This document shows positions 61,824-64,000 of a stretch of 64,000 bases of DNA, in pieces. Source of the DNA: Nemertoderma westbladi (taxonomy: Eukaryota > Animalia > Xenacoelomorpha); the NCBI GenBank assembly GCA_032718475.1, contig JAUCBJ010005734.1, positions 1-64,000 of the forward strand, given 5' to 3'. The notes below the pieces were generated by a model. It did no database searches, had not been told where the DNA came from, and saw only the letters and a program-made list of their open reading frames with translations. A program made the position numbers and the translations under genes. Numbering within the stretch: position 1 is the first letter of the stretch; the number at the start of each line of letters is the position of its first letter.

Positions 61824-64000
61824 CATCCATTCTGCTACAATATTACGCTCTGAAACAGTTTATCGCCATTGCATTAAATTGCAAGTAATTAATAAATTTG
61901 CGGTGCTGAGTACATACATACAGTACTTACTTACGTTATTACATTATTATTATACAGGGATTCGTTTACAGTAAATTGGTTGATTAATTAATTATTTTGT
62001 TTTTTTTAGTGTGGCTCCCTGAAAACCGAAAGAACGATGCAGCAAAGACGACGAGGGATCGACAATTAGCGATAATGAGGACGATGATGGTGACGATGCG
62101 GATGTGGACTTGTAATTTGTTTCAGTAAGACTTATTTTTGCCAATGCGAACTATAGACTGTATCTGTGCTGTCAACTAACTATCTGATTATTTTGTAATA
62201 ATAATTTCATTTATAATGTAAATAAATAAATGAATAAGTTTCCAGTTTCAAACATAAAGTTTACATTCATTTATAATTCACATAACATATTATAGGTGTA
62301 AAAGCTTTTGCGGACATAACAAGTCATTTTTCCCCGCAATGCGCAGTGTAGGTGCTTTAGCGGACATAACAAGTCATTTTGCCGCAATGCGCATAATACT
62401 CTAAAAGATTGGAGCTCAGATGACGATATCTGTCAGCTGATTTCCTGTAGACGTGGAACCTCCTTGTTCTGCTCAGCCAATCAGAGCGATTTTCACTTTA
62501 TTTCTGACAGAGGCCTATGGAAAACCGCGCAATGCATTACGGTCTTTGTTTACCTTTCTGAGCCTCAGAACCGGCTTGGAATTCTTCTGTACTTCTGTTT
62601 TGGAAGTTTCAGACTTTGGCTTAAACATCTGATGGCTTTGATTACAAGAACGTAAAACTATTAACGCATCACACCGCAATTCAACATTGCTGCACATGGA
62701 ACACTGCATAAGTAACACATACTGACTGTTCACCGCATTATTTTGCTTCTGTTATTAATTGTTGTTATATTGATGTATATTGCTGATATATTTGGAGAAT
62801 ACCGATAAATAATCATAAAACCCCCAATCTTCTTGATTACTGAAGGTGAGAGGAACAGGTTTACCGGTAGCAACTGCGACTTACATTATAGTGGTTTTTT
62901 GTGTGAATTAAATGCTATTTCATAATCCCTACATGTGTCAGTTGCGATCCTCCTTATATATGATCAAATTCAGTGACGGTCGGCAGATCAGTGCGAAGTA
63001 GTGTGAAGTAGTGTGAAGGTTAATAAAGCATCTCCTAAAGAATGCGCTTTTTACGAAACTCTTTGGCCATCTAGTTGTGATTAGTAAAAGTCATAACTCT
63101 GTTTTTATACTTAAAGCGCCACGTCCTAAAGGAACTGTTAATATTTCCCCGAAAGTAAATATATTGTCAGAGATTATATAGTAATGATCAATCGAATAAT
63201 ACAGTAGGTCTACACTGCAATCACTATCAAAGCATCCGAATCCAGTCTCCCTTAACTGTGGGTGAATGATCGCGCATAGACTGGCTTCGGCTGATGTAAC
63301 TTCAGTACATTAAATAATCGATATAGGCTAAAGTAGATTTATAAACAAAAGGACAACTAAAATTGGCAGGTTAAACTGCTAAAGGTCTAAAAACGCGAAC
63401 ATTAATAGTTTTAAACTCTTGATTGCACAGTAGGCAATAAAATATTTCTCTATTGTTCTGGTAAGAACAATATTAGATTTTCTAGTTCTTTATTGCACTG
63501 TAGGCAATAAAGTTTTGATAATTATATACCGGTAGGTCTTGATATTTAATCAGGGACTGCAGCCCTGGTTTTTTATCGGGATTTTACTTATTTCTGTCAG
63601 TTTTATTTATCTGTAAGTGTAATATTGAGCAGAAGGCGTGTAAGCCTGCTCAGATTGTACAAATGATTTGTAGGCCGAATTGTTGTCTAACTATTGTTAG
63701 GTCTGAAGCGATTGCAGTGTGTGTAGAGTGTCTGTCCGATAAAGTGCTAGTTAGGAAGGCCAGTGCTGTAAGGTAAATCCCCCCCGAAAGAATAAGTCGT
63801 ACTACTCGGTTAGAACGCCTACTAACTAACCATTTTGGAGTCTGCATATACTGTAGTTTATTTAGGCTTAGCGGTAGTCTGCCAGCATTTGGTCTGTATT
63901 TTGTTTGTATAGTCTGCACGGGTAGCGTAATATTTATTATTCAGAGTCTATGCGAGTATTCGCAACCACCAACTCCCCAAGTTTATTCCTGCAGTAATTG

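Overview
Eukaryotic (animal, probably invertebrate) repeat-rich DNA. Bases 1-48.4 kb are a nest of retroelements. It starts with a near-identical tandem of an intact Neptune-like Penelope element (RT + GIY-YIG, each 3' end carrying a minimal hammerhead ribozyme) inserted in a decayed BEL/Pao element (A). A is also hit by a piggyBac-like non-autonomous element and is cut off at a Gypsy 3' fragment. An 18.6-kb full-length BEL/Pao element (B, 16936-35543, 5-bp TSD GTCTG) sits in the leader of a third BEL/Pao element (C). Element B is the most unusual feature. Its 1.9-kb LTRs end TA...TA rather than TG...CA. It has no tRNA primer site; instead an 11-nt site is exactly complementary to a sequence inside its own LTR (Tf1-like self-priming). 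The LTR also carries tRNA-type A/B boxes and RNase-P-RNA-like motifs, a 20-nt hairpin motif is repeated nine times along the element, and an extra ~1240-codon 3' ORF encodes a DEDDy 3'-5' exonuclease plus three CCHC knuckles, with a homolog in element A. The last 15 kb holds a spliced host gene (signal peptide, PAN/Apple, TSP1-like), MITEs, a SINE, an RTE LINE fragment and minisatellites. All calls were made by eye; no searches were run.
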